This document shows positions 37,879 to 47,469 of a DNA stretch of 64,000 bases, one piece after another. The notes under the pieces are model-generated. The model worked only from the letters and a program-made list of their open reading frames with translations, ran no database searches and was not told where the DNA came from. The position numbers and the translations under genes were made by a program. Numbering within the stretch: position 1 is the first letter of the stretch; each line of letters opens with the position of its first letter. Source of the stretch: Candidatus Brockarchaeota archaeon (lineage in GTDB: Archaea > Thermoproteota > EX4484-205 > JAAOZP01); contig JAFNJB010000055.1 in NCBI GenBank assembly GCA_017601245.1, positions 56,455 to 120,454 of the forward strand, given 5' to 3'.

Positions 37879-39921
37879 TTGAAAAACATTAAAAGTTTAG
37901 TGCTAACCTCTCTTGTGATCCTGTCGTTAGTCATCTACCCCATCTTCGTCCCAGTGACAATCGTAAGGGCACAGGTTCCCAGGGAGGATACTCTCGTCGT
38001 CTCTAGTGGCTGGCAACCGGAAATTTTCAACCCCTTCTCCGGATCGCCCTGTTGGGGAACATGGCTAATGTATCCATCATTATACATGTACAGCTTTGTT
38101 TCTGATGAGCTAATACCTTACTTAGCTGAGAGCTACAGGTGGATCGACATTTACACTCTAGAAATTAAGATAAGAGATGCAGCAAAATGGTCAGATGGTA
38201 CTCCAATAACAGCTGACGACGTTAAATATACTCTTGAAGCCGGCAAGAGACTTGGCTCTCCCTGGGCGGGCGTGTGGGACTATCTGGAGAGAGTAGACGT
38301 AGTGGATTCTAAAACGGTTCGTCTAGTGACATCGGCTGCGAAGCTTAATACATTTACATTCTTACAAATATTATACTATCCACCCATAGTTCCAAAGCAT
38401 AGATGGGAGGTATTAGAGAAGCAATATGGTTCAAAGCTACCAACAGACTTTACAGATAGAGATCCAAAAGCAATAGTAACCGGCGGTCCATATAGAATGA
38501 AAGAATATTCAGAAGGAGAAACAGCTCTATACGAAAGAGATGACAATTGGTGGGGCAAAACTATCTTTGGTCTCCCCGCACCGAAGTATATCCTACACAA
38601 GAAGTATGCTTCTAACGAGCTCGCTGCTGCAGCGTTTGAAAAAGGTGAGCTTGACTTAGCGTCACACTTCTTCGTAAACATATGGGAAATGTGGACAGTC
38701 AAAGGCAAGGCTAGGGGAACATACTTGAAGAATCCTCCATACTACTTAGGCAGCGATCACGCTCTGCTCGTAATAAACTGGAAGGAGCCTCTCATAAGCT
38801 CAGATCTTAGGAGGGCGATTGCATTTGCAATCGACTATGAAAGATTAACTCGAGTAGCTCAATGTGGATACAGTATCAAGTCTTCTCCAAGCATGGTAAA
38901 ATGGGGTATGTATGAAAAGTGGATGGATAAGGAACTAGTTGAGAAATACGGTTACTACTACGATCCAAACAAAGCCAAACAAATACTCGACGCTGCCGGC
39001 ATAAAAGATACTAATGGTAACGGAATAAGGGAAATCGGCGGTAAAGACCTAAGGCTGAAGATAGAGGTTCCGATGGGATGGACAGACTGGATGGACATGT
39101 GTAACATAATAGCAGAAAATCTAAAGGCTGTGGGTATTGACGTAAAGCCAGAATTCCCAGACTTCTCTGTTTGGGCCGATAAAATAGACAAGGGAGACTT
39201 TGACATGGTCATATTCTGGTCCGTCGGTGGAGGCGTAGACCATCCGTGGAATATATTCAGGTATACACTTGATCCGAGATTGGACAGGCCTTGGGGAGGA
39301 AACATCGCTGGATACACTAAGACAGATGCCATGCCATTAATAGACCAGGCTGCTAAGCTCAATCCAGAGAAGGACTTTATACAGCTTAAACAAATATACA
39401 GCGAACTACAGCGGATTGCCCTCACAGACCTTCCAGTCATAGTGATGTTCGAGAAGCCACTGTGGTACGAGTATGGTGAGGACTACTGGGTTGGCTTTCC
39501 AAATGAAGAGAACAAGAGATGGTTTGCTGGAATGTACACTGAATCTTGGCCAAACAATCTACCGATGCTGTTCTACATTGCTAAGAAAGGTCAGAAATCT
39601 ATCGTACCGGAGTGGATAGAAAATACAAAGTTCCCAGTGTCGAAATTGTTCAAGGATTGGGCAGTGGCTCCAACGGTTGAGCAAAGAAGAATTGAAGAAA
39701 TAGGAGAAACGTTAAGAAGTCTCAGTGGTGCTCTATCTTCCATATCTTCTCAGCTCAGTAGTGCTGTTAGCGAATTGAGTAGTGCTGTTAGCGAAGTGAA
39801 AGCGGCATCAAAGAGTACTGTTGAATCCATCAATTCAATAAACAATCTCCTAATGGTTCAAATAGTTCTTACGATCATAGTCTTGCTTGCAGTAATCTTC
39901 TTGATAGTCAGAAAGAAATAA
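37879..39921 (+). CDS. oppA: ABC peptide transporter substrate-binding protein (family 5, OppA/DppA-like) with C-terminal TM anchor
   Basis: Signal peptide, about 600-aa SBP_bac_5-like body, Ser/Ala-rich linker with a 2x21-nt tandem repeat, C-terminal hydrophobic helix + RKK. TTG start. Confidence 0.8.
   Translation: MKNIKSLVLTSLVILSLVIYPIFVPVTIVRAQVPREDTLVVSSGWQPEIFNPFSGSPCWGTWLMYPSLYMYSFVSDELIPYLAESYRWIDIYTLEIKIRDAAKWSDGTPITADDVKYTLEAGKRLGSPWAGVWDYLERVDVVDSKTVRLVTSAAKLNTFTFLQILYYPPIVPKHRWEVLEKQYGSKLPTDFTDRDPKAIVTGGPYRMKEYSEGETALYERDDNWWGKTIFGLPAPKYILHKKYASNELAAAAFEKGELDLASHFFVNIWEMWTVKGKARGTYLKNPPYYLGSDHALLVINWKEPLISSDLRRAIAFAIDYERLTRVAQCGYSIKSSPSMVKWGMYEKWMDKELVEKYGYYYDPNKAKQILDAAGIKDTNGNGIREIGGKDLRLKIEVPMGWTDWMDMCNIIAENLKAVGIDVKPEFPDFSVWADKIDKGDFDMVIFWSVGGGVDHPWNIFRYTLDPRLDRPWGGNIAGYTKTDAMPLIDQAAKLNPEKDFIQLKQIYSELQRIALTDLPVIVMFEKPLWYEYGEDYWVGFPNEENKRWFAGMYTESWPNNLPMLFYIAKKGQKSIVPEWIENTKFPVSKLFKDWAVAPTVEQRRIEEIGETLRSLSGALSSISSQLSSAVSELSSAVSEVKAASKSTVESINSINNLLMVQIVLTIIVLLAVIFLIVRKK
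39757..39798 (+). repeat. 2 x 21-nt in-frame tandem repeat inside the oppA linker
   Basis: agtagtgctgttagcgaattg / agtagtgctgttagcgaagtg (20/21 identical), encoding SSAVSEL/SSAVSEV. Confidence 0.8.
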
Positions 39922-39973
39922 ATAAAAAAATAATAGAAAGAGTTATATACTACCTTTTTTCTTTTTCTATATA

Positions 39974-41014
39974 ATGTCTAGAGAAGAGAGAAAACCATTA
40001 AATCCAATGCTTATTTACTTACTTAGAAGAATGTGCTTTTTACTTGCGACGTTTTTCGTCTTCACGATAATAATATTCTCTCTTCCACGTATGATTCCAG
40101 GAAATCCATTAGCCATATTACTTAGAGATATTCTCAATAGAATGACACTTCAGCCGGAAACGATTAAGGAAATCGAGAGGAAATTACTTGAACAATACGG
40201 ATTGGATAAACCGTTACACATACAGTTCACAGATTTCGTATCTAGAATTTTTAAGGGAGATTTAGGAATTTCTTTCTATTTCCGTATACCTGTTGCGGAA
40301 GTAATCTTTTCTAGAATTCCTTGGACACTAATGCTACTCGTACCTTCGACGATAGTATCGTGGATAATAGGTAATTTCTTGGGGGCTATAGCTGCTTATA
40401 AGAGGGGGAAGGCAACTGATAACATATTGATGTCAATTTTCCTTACTCTATCTCAAGTACCATACTATTGGTTGGCAATGATATTACTCTTTATTTTTGC
40501 AGTCAGATACGAAATCTTCCCGCTTGGAGGAACTTGGGATACTAGTCGTTTCATAACCCCCTCTCTTACTTTAGAATTCATAACCGACTATTTGGCACAC
40601 TACATTCTTCCCTTTGCATCTATAGTTTTGAGTGCAATAGGCGGGTGGGCAATAGGCATGAGGGTTATGGCAATATACGAGTTGGGTTCTGATTATGTGG
40701 TATATTCTGACTCATTGGGGTTGAAGGATAGTAAAATCCTTGAGTATGTTTTTAAAAACTCCATACTGCCTCAAATCACCGGCCTCGCTTTAAACTTTGG
40801 TTCTGTAGTTGGAGGCCAACTTCTTACAGAGCTCGTTTTCAACTATAGAGGAATGGGGCGAATACTCTATGATTCCATAAATAAGCTAGATTATCCGTTG
40901 ATAGAGGGAATATTTATAATACTAATTTCTACGTTACTTATTGCAAACTTGATAGTGGATTTCATTTATGCCTATCTCGATCCTCGGGTGAGAACAGGCT
41001 ATGCAGAAGCGTAG
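39974..41014 (+). CDS. oppB: ABC peptide transporter permease (OppB/DppB-like)
   Basis: Six TM helices, BPD-transport EAA-like loop; directly follows oppA. Confidence 0.85.
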   Translation: MSREERKPLNPMLIYLLRRMCFLLATFFVFTIIIFSLPRMIPGNPLAILLRDILNRMTLQPETIKEIERKLLEQYGLDKPLHIQFTDFVSRIFKGDLGISFYFRIPVAEVIFSRIPWTLMLLVPSTIVSWIIGNFLGAIAAYKRGKATDNILMSIFLTLSQVPYYWLAMILLFIFAVRYEIFPLGGTWDTSRFITPSLTLEFITDYLAHYILPFASIVLSAIGGWAIGMRVMAIYELGSDYVVYSDSLGLKDSKILEYVFKNSILPQITGLALNFGSVVGGQLLTELVFNYRGMGRILYDSINKLDYPLIEGIFIILISTLLIANLIVDFIYAYLDPRVRTGYAEA

Positions 41015-41870
41015 GAAGTTATTATTAATTCCTAAGGAGATGTTCAAGATAAAGAAATTCACATTCAGCATTAGTGTACTAGTAGTGGTTATACTCGTTG
41101 CATTAGTGGGACCACCTTTATATCCTAAGTTAAACCTTTCATTATACGCTGGCACACCCGATACTCCTCCGAGTAACGAATTTCCACTTGGTACTGATAG
41201 GAACGGTAGAGATATACTGTCCCATCTCCTTATTGGCATAAGGACATCTCTTTACGTTGGAGTTATTGCAACAATCATAGCATTAACAATAGGAATTCTC
41301 GTTGGCAGTTTTGCTGGATTCAAGGGTGGTGTAATCGACGAAATACTAATGATGATTACTAACATAATATATACTCTCCCAGCGATACTTCTGATGATAC
41401 TCATAGCCTCATACCTAAAGGAGAGGTCGCCGCTTTTTGTATCTATAGTAATTGGTGTTACATCATGGCCTTGGCTGGCCAGAGCAGTCAGAGCGCAGAT
41501 AATGAGCCTTAAGGAGAGAGAGTTTGTACAAATGTCTAAGATGTCCGGTTTGAAGGGGTATGAAATCATATTCAAGGATCTATTGCCGAATATGGCGTCT
41601 TATATATTCATGAGCGTGGCCCTATTACTCTCAATATCTATGCTTGCAGAGGCAGGGTTGAGCATGATAGGCGCAGGTATAGATCCTTCAACGGAGAGCT
41701 CGTTAGGAGTAATGCTTCAAAGAGCTCAACAAGGTGAAGCAATCCGTTTAGGAAGGTGGTGGTGCTTCGTGCCTCCTGGAATCGTACTAGTCCTTATTAC
41801 AACATCACTACTCATGCTGTCAACTTCTATAGATGAATATTTTAACCCTAGGTTGAGAGGTGGGAAGTAA
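41001..41870 (+). CDS. oppC: ABC peptide transporter permease (OppC/DppC-like)
   Basis: 289 aa permease; 14-nt overlap with oppB. Confidence 0.85.
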   Translation: MQKRRKLLLIPKEMFKIKKFTFSISVLVVVILVALVGPPLYPKLNLSLYAGTPDTPPSNEFPLGTDRNGRDILSHLLIGIRTSLYVGVIATIIALTIGILVGSFAGFKGGVIDEILMMITNIIYTLPAILLMILIASYLKERSPLFVSIVIGVTSWPWLARAVRAQIMSLKEREFVQMSKMSGLKGYEIIFKDLLPNMASYIFMSVALLLSISMLAEAGLSMIGAGIDPSTESSLGVMLQRAQQGEAIRLGRWWCFVPPGIVLVLITTSLLMLSTSIDEYFNPRLRGGK

Positions 41871-42841
41871 TGAGCCTTCTCAAGGCTGAAGGCTTAAGAG
41901 CATATTACAATTCTCCAATTGGTCAAGTTAAGGCTGTTGAAGACATAAGCCTATCGGTAGAGGAAGATGACTTCATAGGTATAGCCGGAGAATCTGGCTG
42001 TGGAAAATCTACCCTTGCAAACGTTCTTATGATGAATATAAGGCCTCCTCTAAAGCTCTACGGAGGAAGGCTTTTCTTAAATGGCGAAGAAATATCGGAT
42101 AAAAGTAGGGATTATGTTAAGGAGAAATTCTGGGGTACGGTAATTTCCATCGTGCCCCAGGCTGCTTTAAACTCTTTAATGCCAACTAAGAGGACTAAGG
42201 AATTCATAATAGACGTTGTGCAGGCTCATAAGAAAATCAGTGAGAAAGAGATTATAGAGATGGCTAAGAACAAGTTCGTTGAACTCGGGCTTTCTCCAAG
42301 CGTATTAGACCTTTACCCGCATGAATTGAGTGGAGGAATGAGGCAGAGAGTGATCATAGTTGCCTCTACGATATTGAATCCTAAGGTACTCATAGCAGAT
42401 GAGCCGACGTCGGCACTCGACGTCTCAACTCAAAAACAAGTCTTAAAAATGATGTTAGACCTGCAAAGAAAGCAATCGATTAGGAGCACTATTCTCATAA
42501 CTCATGATATTGCTATACAGAGGCAGGTCTGCAATAAGCTAATAGTAATGTATGCGGGTAGAATTGTAGAGTATGGAAATGTAGATGATGTTTTGTATAA
42601 TCCCAAGCATCCGTACACAAAGGGTTTGATAAACTCGGTCCTAACACCGGAACCGGAAGTAAGGCGAAGAGGCCTGATGGCATTGTTTATACCTGGTGAG
42701 CCGCCGAATCTAGTTAATCCTCCACCGGGATGCTCTTTCCACCCCAGATGCCCGTTTGCAATGCCCAGGTGTAAATCAGAAACCCCAGGATTAACATATA
42801 GTGGTGATAGGGCTGTTGCATGCTGGCTGTATATACTCTAG
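41870..42841 (+). CDS. oppD: ABC peptide transporter ATP-binding protein (OppD/DppD-like)
   Basis: Walker A GESGCGKST, signature LSGGMRQR, Walker B LIADEPTSALD, C-terminal oligopeptide-transporter domain with a Cys cluster. Confidence 0.9.
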   Translation: MSLLKAEGLRAYYNSPIGQVKAVEDISLSVEEDDFIGIAGESGCGKSTLANVLMMNIRPPLKLYGGRLFLNGEEISDKSRDYVKEKFWGTVISIVPQAALNSLMPTKRTKEFIIDVVQAHKKISEKEIIEMAKNKFVELGLSPSVLDLYPHELSGGMRQRVIIVASTILNPKVLIADEPTSALDVSTQKQVLKMMLDLQRKQSIRSTILITHDIAIQRQVCNKLIVMYAGRIVEYGNVDDVLYNPKHPYTKGLINSVLTPEPEVRRRGLMALFIPGEPPNLVNPPPGCSFHPRCPFAMPRCKSETPGLTYSGDRAVACWLYIL

Positions 42842-42851
42842 GTGATGAGTC

Positions 42852-43649
42852 ATGTTATCAAGTATCATTTTGAAAGTTGAGGACCTGACCAAGGTGTACG
42901 AGACTGGTCTTTTCAAGAAGAAGTACATTACTGCAGTTGACAAAGTGTCTTTCAATGTTTCAAGAGGCGAAATAGTCTCTCTAGTCGGTGAAAGCGGTAG
43001 TGGTAAAACGACTGTTGCTAAGATTATATTAAGACTCCTACCTCCCACTTCTGGAAGAGTTTTCTATAACGGTGAAGACATATGGGAGAAGAAAAGCATA
43101 GAGGATTTGAAGAAATACTGGCGTGAGGTCCATGCGGTTTTCCAAGACCCATTCGCTTCTTTCAACCCTGTTTACAAAATAGACAGAGTGTTAGAGCAGG
43201 CTTTTAACCTAATGGGTACTCCTGTTGATGAAAACGCTATTAAAGAAGCATTGAAGGAAGTTGCATTATTGCCTAGCGAGGTCTTAGGGAAGTATCCCCA
43301 TGAGCTCTCCGGAGGCCAGAGGCAGAGATTAATGATTGCAAGATGCTTCCTGCTTAAGCCAAAGCTTATCCTGGCAGACGAGCCTGTTTCCATGGTTGAT
43401 GCTTCAACTAGAGCGAGCATAGTGAACCTTTTCCTCAGATTGAGAGACGAGTATAAGACTTCAATAATCTTCATAACTCACGACCTAGGATTAGCATACT
43501 TCGTCAGCGATAGAATATTAATCATGTATAAAGGTAGAATAGTGGAAGAGGGCTCACCTGATGAGTTAATAAGCTCTCCCAAGGACGCTTATACAAGGAG
43601 CCTCTTAGAATCCGTACCTCTCTTATATGGAAAATGGGCGGGCTTCTAG
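42852..43649 (+). CDS. oppF: ABC peptide transporter ATP-binding protein (OppF/DppF-like)
   Basis: Walker A GESGSGKTT, LSGGQRQR, ILADEP. Confidence 0.9.
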   Translation: MLSSIILKVEDLTKVYETGLFKKKYITAVDKVSFNVSRGEIVSLVGESGSGKTTVAKIILRLLPPTSGRVFYNGEDIWEKKSIEDLKKYWREVHAVFQDPFASFNPVYKIDRVLEQAFNLMGTPVDENAIKEALKEVALLPSEVLGKYPHELSGGQRQRLMIARCFLLKPKLILADEPVSMVDASTRASIVNLFLRLRDEYKTSIIFITHDLGLAYFVSDRILIMYKGRIVEEGSPDELISSPKDAYTRSLLESVPLLYGKWAGF

Positions 43650-43741
43650 ATTAAAAGACGAGTACGATTCATCACCATTCATCTAATACTATCGGGAAAC
43701 TAATGTTCAACTTTTAAATATGCTGAGCCCCAAATGATTTC

Positions 43742-45211
43742 ATGCAATTACCTGATAGAAATGAGCTGGAGAAAATCGGTATAGTGGCGAGTGATTCTAG
43801 TGAAACTAGGGCCAAGCTCCTCTTAGAGGAAAAACAGGAGCTTAGGGTCAGGTCTGAGGAAATAGTTGTGATCGATACTCCAAACGGGTATGTATTGGGG
43901 GTTCTTAGAAGTGGGAGCGGGGTTAATGAGGCTCTTAAAGCAAATGCTTACAGGCCTAGTGTAGCATACGCTAAGAAAGGGGGAGTGCCCTCTGGAGCCA
44001 GGGAGATATATACTTTCGAAATAATGGTGATAGGAGTGATAACAGAAAATGGGATTGAGCAGAACCGTCTGATAATACCTCCTAGGAGTAATGTTTACTT
44101 GTTTAGAAAAGGTGCTTCAAACCCTTTGGAGTATGTTGCCAGGAACAGACCAGTTATCTGGAAGGCATGTTTAGACGGTCATGAGGATTGGAAAATCCCG
44201 TTCGATAGTTCATTCTTAACATATCACATCGGCGTCTTTGGAGCGACTGGCAGCGGTAAGTCTTGGCTTACACGACATGTAATAATACCCGTCCTTCTTG
44301 AGGCGGGCTTCAAAGTCCTCGTACTGGATTGGAACGGGGAGGATTATGCTCCTTATTTCAAGGACAAGGCTATTCCAATATCGCGTTTAAAACTCGACGA
44401 GAAGGCTATTGTCAGTTACATCATGGAGAAGGCTGAATACTTCGGGTATTCAAGTTCATACAGAGATTCTAACCCGGTTAAGGAAGCCTTGGAAGATTAT
44501 GTTTCGAAAAGGTGGGAGGAGGTTTCGCAGAAAAAGCCTGAGGAAATATTCCTGGACATGAGGAGCTACTTGGACAATAGCATTAAGCAGATCGTGACTC
44601 GAGAGGATCAGAGAAAGAACGCTCTCCGCAAGATGGAGTATGGGTTTAAGAAGCTTAAACCAACTGATCTGGACGCGGTAAGAGGCTCTTTAAGCATTGA
44701 AGAATTGGTTGAAGAATTAAGCAGAGAAGAGGCGGGTATTAGAGTAATTGATATGAGCCTAGTAGGGAGTGAAGAGAAGCTATCCTTTTTCAACTCCTTG
44801 GCCAGATTCCTAGAGGAGGGGATGGAACTCGGAGAATCGCTTAACATCGCCCTCGTAATAGATGAGGGTCCCCAGTATGCTCCTTGGGAGCCTAAGGGGA
44901 TACAGGGTGAGTCAACTGAGCATATTAAGAACTTGTGTGCTTTAGGTAGGAAACATAGGCTTTGCATAGTAATAATATCACAGGGTATAGCTGGAGACAT
45001 AGGTATAAACGCCGCTGTGAGAAGGAATCTTAATACTCAATTCTTCGGAGCACTACACCCGTTGGATATGCAAGAAGCTGACAACTGGCTTAAACCCTAT
45101 GGAATACAGAGAGAGTACCTACTGTCTTTAAAACCAGGCCAGTTCTACTTCGTCGGAAAAGCCAACCCCTCGCCAATACCGCTTCTAATCTCTTTCAAAC
45201 CGGAGGGCTAG
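43742..45211 (+). CDS. HerA-like (FtsK/HerA superfamily, DUF87) ATPase with N-terminal HAS-barrel
   Basis: HAS-barrel-like N-terminus, Walker A GVFGATGSGKS, Walker B IALVIDEGPQYAP, CIVIISQ sensor region. 489 aa. Confidence 0.8.
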   Translation: MQLPDRNELEKIGIVASDSSETRAKLLLEEKQELRVRSEEIVVIDTPNGYVLGVLRSGSGVNEALKANAYRPSVAYAKKGGVPSGAREIYTFEIMVIGVITENGIEQNRLIIPPRSNVYLFRKGASNPLEYVARNRPVIWKACLDGHEDWKIPFDSSFLTYHIGVFGATGSGKSWLTRHVIIPVLLEAGFKVLVLDWNGEDYAPYFKDKAIPISRLKLDEKAIVSYIMEKAEYFGYSSSYRDSNPVKEALEDYVSKRWEEVSQKKPEEIFLDMRSYLDNSIKQIVTREDQRKNALRKMEYGFKKLKPTDLDAVRGSLSIEELVEELSREEAGIRVIDMSLVGSEEKLSFFNSLARFLEEGMELGESLNIALVIDEGPQYAPWEPKGIQGESTEHIKNLCALGRKHRLCIVIISQGIAGDIGINAAVRRNLNTQFFGALHPLDMQEADNWLKPYGIQREYLLSLKPGQFYFVGKANPSPIPLLISFKPEG

Positions 45212-45217
45212 TGCAGA

Positions 45218-46408
45218 GTGTCCTCTGAAACAGCATGGAGCAAGCTTCCAATAGATCTTCAAGAACAGTTCTACGATAGGGCTGAGAAAGAAGCGAGAAG
45301 GCTAGTGAAAATCATACGGGAGCTTGGTTCTCAAATAGAGGCTTTTAGAAATGAAATCGCTCCCTACATACATAGGTTTGACTTCGGGTCTTCTAAGGAA
45401 TTCTCCATAGCTGCAGTAGACGGCTCCTTTTCACCAAGGCCTGCGGAAACTATCGGAGCAAGGTTTGCAGTTTACTCAGCCGGGTTTATCATGATCAAAG
45501 GCGGGGAAATAGTTAAAGAAGGCTATCTCTCAGACGATATTCGACATGACCAATCGTATACACGAGAATTCTCCAGCGCGATTCTCCATGTTCAAGAATC
45601 TCGCTTAGAAAGGGAAGCGGCTTTGAAAGCCTTAAGCGAAAACCCAGATCTAATATTAATAGACGGTAGCTTCTTAGGCTTTGCCTATTCCCTCTTTAGG
45701 GTTAGGAGGATAATTCCGATCCCGGAATGGATAATCGAGAGGGCTAGAGAAACCCTGGAGATGACTGAGAAGCTACTCGACTCTGGAAAGTGCGCTGGAG
45801 TAGTGAAGAGGGGTAGGAGTAGGGCAATAGGCGGCTGGTTGTCTGTGAAGGAGGGCAGGAGAAATCCGTTGGTAGAATACTTGGATAAGCAGATCTTACA
45901 CTATCTTATGAAGCCTCCCGCACTCTTCAACTATATGGAGATGCTTAGAGAACCCGGGGTTCAAAGGATTTATAGCAGGGTTAGCGATTTGCTAAGCCAC
46001 AGCGTTGAGCTTAATCCTGAGAATGCTCTAGAATCCGCTAGGAAGTGGGCTATGGAGAGTCTTGTGAAAGCATTAGACGTGTCTGAGGAGAAGGCTAAAG
46101 CGTTGGAATCTAGAATAAACCGGATTCAGATAAAGGTTAGCGATGAAAACCCTCCTTTCGAGCTTGAGGTACCGGTTGGGTTTGAGGAAAAGACTCTCGA
46201 GGTTCTTCTATCTAACTCTGAGAATTTCAACATGGCTACTGGTTTACCTATGGCTATAGATCTCGTGGATGAGAACGTCACATTACCGGCTGAATTCACA
46301 AGGGAATTCGTCAGGGAGGTTGAAGCGAGGATCATTGATTTCTACGATGGTAGTCTTGGCGAAGTAAGAAACTTCTTCACTAATATGAATCCGCAGAAAG
46401 AGCTTTAA
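45218..46408 (+). CDS. NurA-family 5'-3' nuclease
   Basis: Conserved catalytic Asp contexts IAAVDGS and LILIDGS typical of the NurA domain. 396 aa; begins 6 nt after the HerA-like stop. Confidence 0.7.
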   Translation: MSSETAWSKLPIDLQEQFYDRAEKEARRLVKIIRELGSQIEAFRNEIAPYIHRFDFGSSKEFSIAAVDGSFSPRPAETIGARFAVYSAGFIMIKGGEIVKEGYLSDDIRHDQSYTREFSSAILHVQESRLEREAALKALSENPDLILIDGSFLGFAYSLFRVRRIIPIPEWIIERARETLEMTEKLLDSGKCAGVVKRGRSRAIGGWLSVKEGRRNPLVEYLDKQILHYLMKPPALFNYMEMLREPGVQRIYSRVSDLLSHSVELNPENALESARKWAMESLVKALDVSEEKAKALESRINRIQIKVSDENPPFELEVPVGFEEKTLEVLLSNSENFNMATGLPMAIDLVDENVTLPAEFTREFVREVEARIIDFYDGSLGEVRNFFTNMNPQKEL

Positions 46409-46443
46409 CTCTTTTATATCCTGCTTACCAATGATCATTAATA

Positions 46444-47397
46444 ATGAGTTGGATCATTCTTGCGCACGGTGATTGCGACGGTATTTGTTCAGCATCGCTC
46501 GCTACAGCAGCGAAGAAGGATGTGAAAATCATTTTCACAAGCCCGGCTAACCTCTTGTTTGAGTTAAAATCTATTCCAGAGGGAAATAATGTCATAATTA
46601 TGGATGTTGCTTTAACACACAAGTACAAGAATGAAATAGTGCTGGAATTGAAAAGACTATGCTCCAGTGGAGAAGTAATATACCTTGACCATCACCCACT
46701 CCCATCTAGGTTAAGCCTTAGAAAAATTCCCGTAAAAACGATTAAGAGCAAGGGTGCATGCGCCTCTGAGTTAACATATGTATTCTTCGAAGAAGAGCTA
46801 AATCCCGAGATGAGTAGAGTCGCCATCTACGGAGCTATAGGAGATTATAGTGACAATACTCCTCGAATCAAAGAGCTCTTGAAGAAGTGGGATAAGAGAG
46901 AGCTTTACCTTGAGGCCGGGATACTTGTGGCTGCGTTGGAGGGTGTTAAGAAGAGAGATTTCGGATTCAAGAGGAATCTTGTCAACTATCTTTCTGAAAA
47001 CAGGCTTCCGAGTTCCGATAGAAACTTAGTTGAAATAGCATTGCGTGAATCTGAGAAGGATGAGAAAATGCGTCAAGTAGTTAAGAATTCGGTGAAGAGA
47101 CATGGGAGGGTAGCTTACGTAATCAACATCGGATGGTCTCTCGGAAAGGCGGCGACATACGCTAGAGCATATGCTGATGCGCTAGTGGGGGTTGCTGCAG
47201 AGGAAATCGATGAAAATATTGATATGAGCGTGAGATCAGTAAGCTTGAATAACCTCCATAAAATAGTATCTAAAGTTGCTGAGGAGCTTGGAGGCGTGGG
47301 GGGTGGTCACGCCAATGCAGCTGGGGCGAGAATCCCCAAAGGGCTCTTTCCAGAGTTTATAAGAAGGCTCGATGAAATGCTTTTGAAGAATAGTTGA
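46444..47397 (+). CDS. DHH/DHHA1 phosphoesterase (NrnA/RecJ-like)
   Basis: DHH motifs HGDCDG, IMDVA, YLDHHP and DHHA1 GGGH (LGGVGGGHANAAG). 317 aa. Confidence 0.8.
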   Translation: MSWIILAHGDCDGICSASLATAAKKDVKIIFTSPANLLFELKSIPEGNNVIIMDVALTHKYKNEIVLELKRLCSSGEVIYLDHHPLPSRLSLRKIPVKTIKSKGACASELTYVFFEEELNPEMSRVAIYGAIGDYSDNTPRIKELLKKWDKRELYLEAGILVAALEGVKKRDFGFKRNLVNYLSENRLPSSDRNLVEIALRESEKDEKMRQVVKNSVKRHGRVAYVINIGWSLGKAATYARAYADALVGVAAEEIDENIDMSVRSVSLNNLHKIVSKVAEELGGVGGGHANAAGARIPKGLFPEFIRRLDEMLLKNS

Positions 47398-47469
47398 AGG
47401 TTCTTCAATTAAAAAGTCAGTGCTTTCATAAAAGTTATATTTTCTGAGATTAAATAAGTATCTTGAAAA

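Noticed and set aside
38376-39440. Minus-strand ORFs inside oppA (38376-38708, 38958-39440)
   Set aside because: Antisense to a high-confidence SBP gene.
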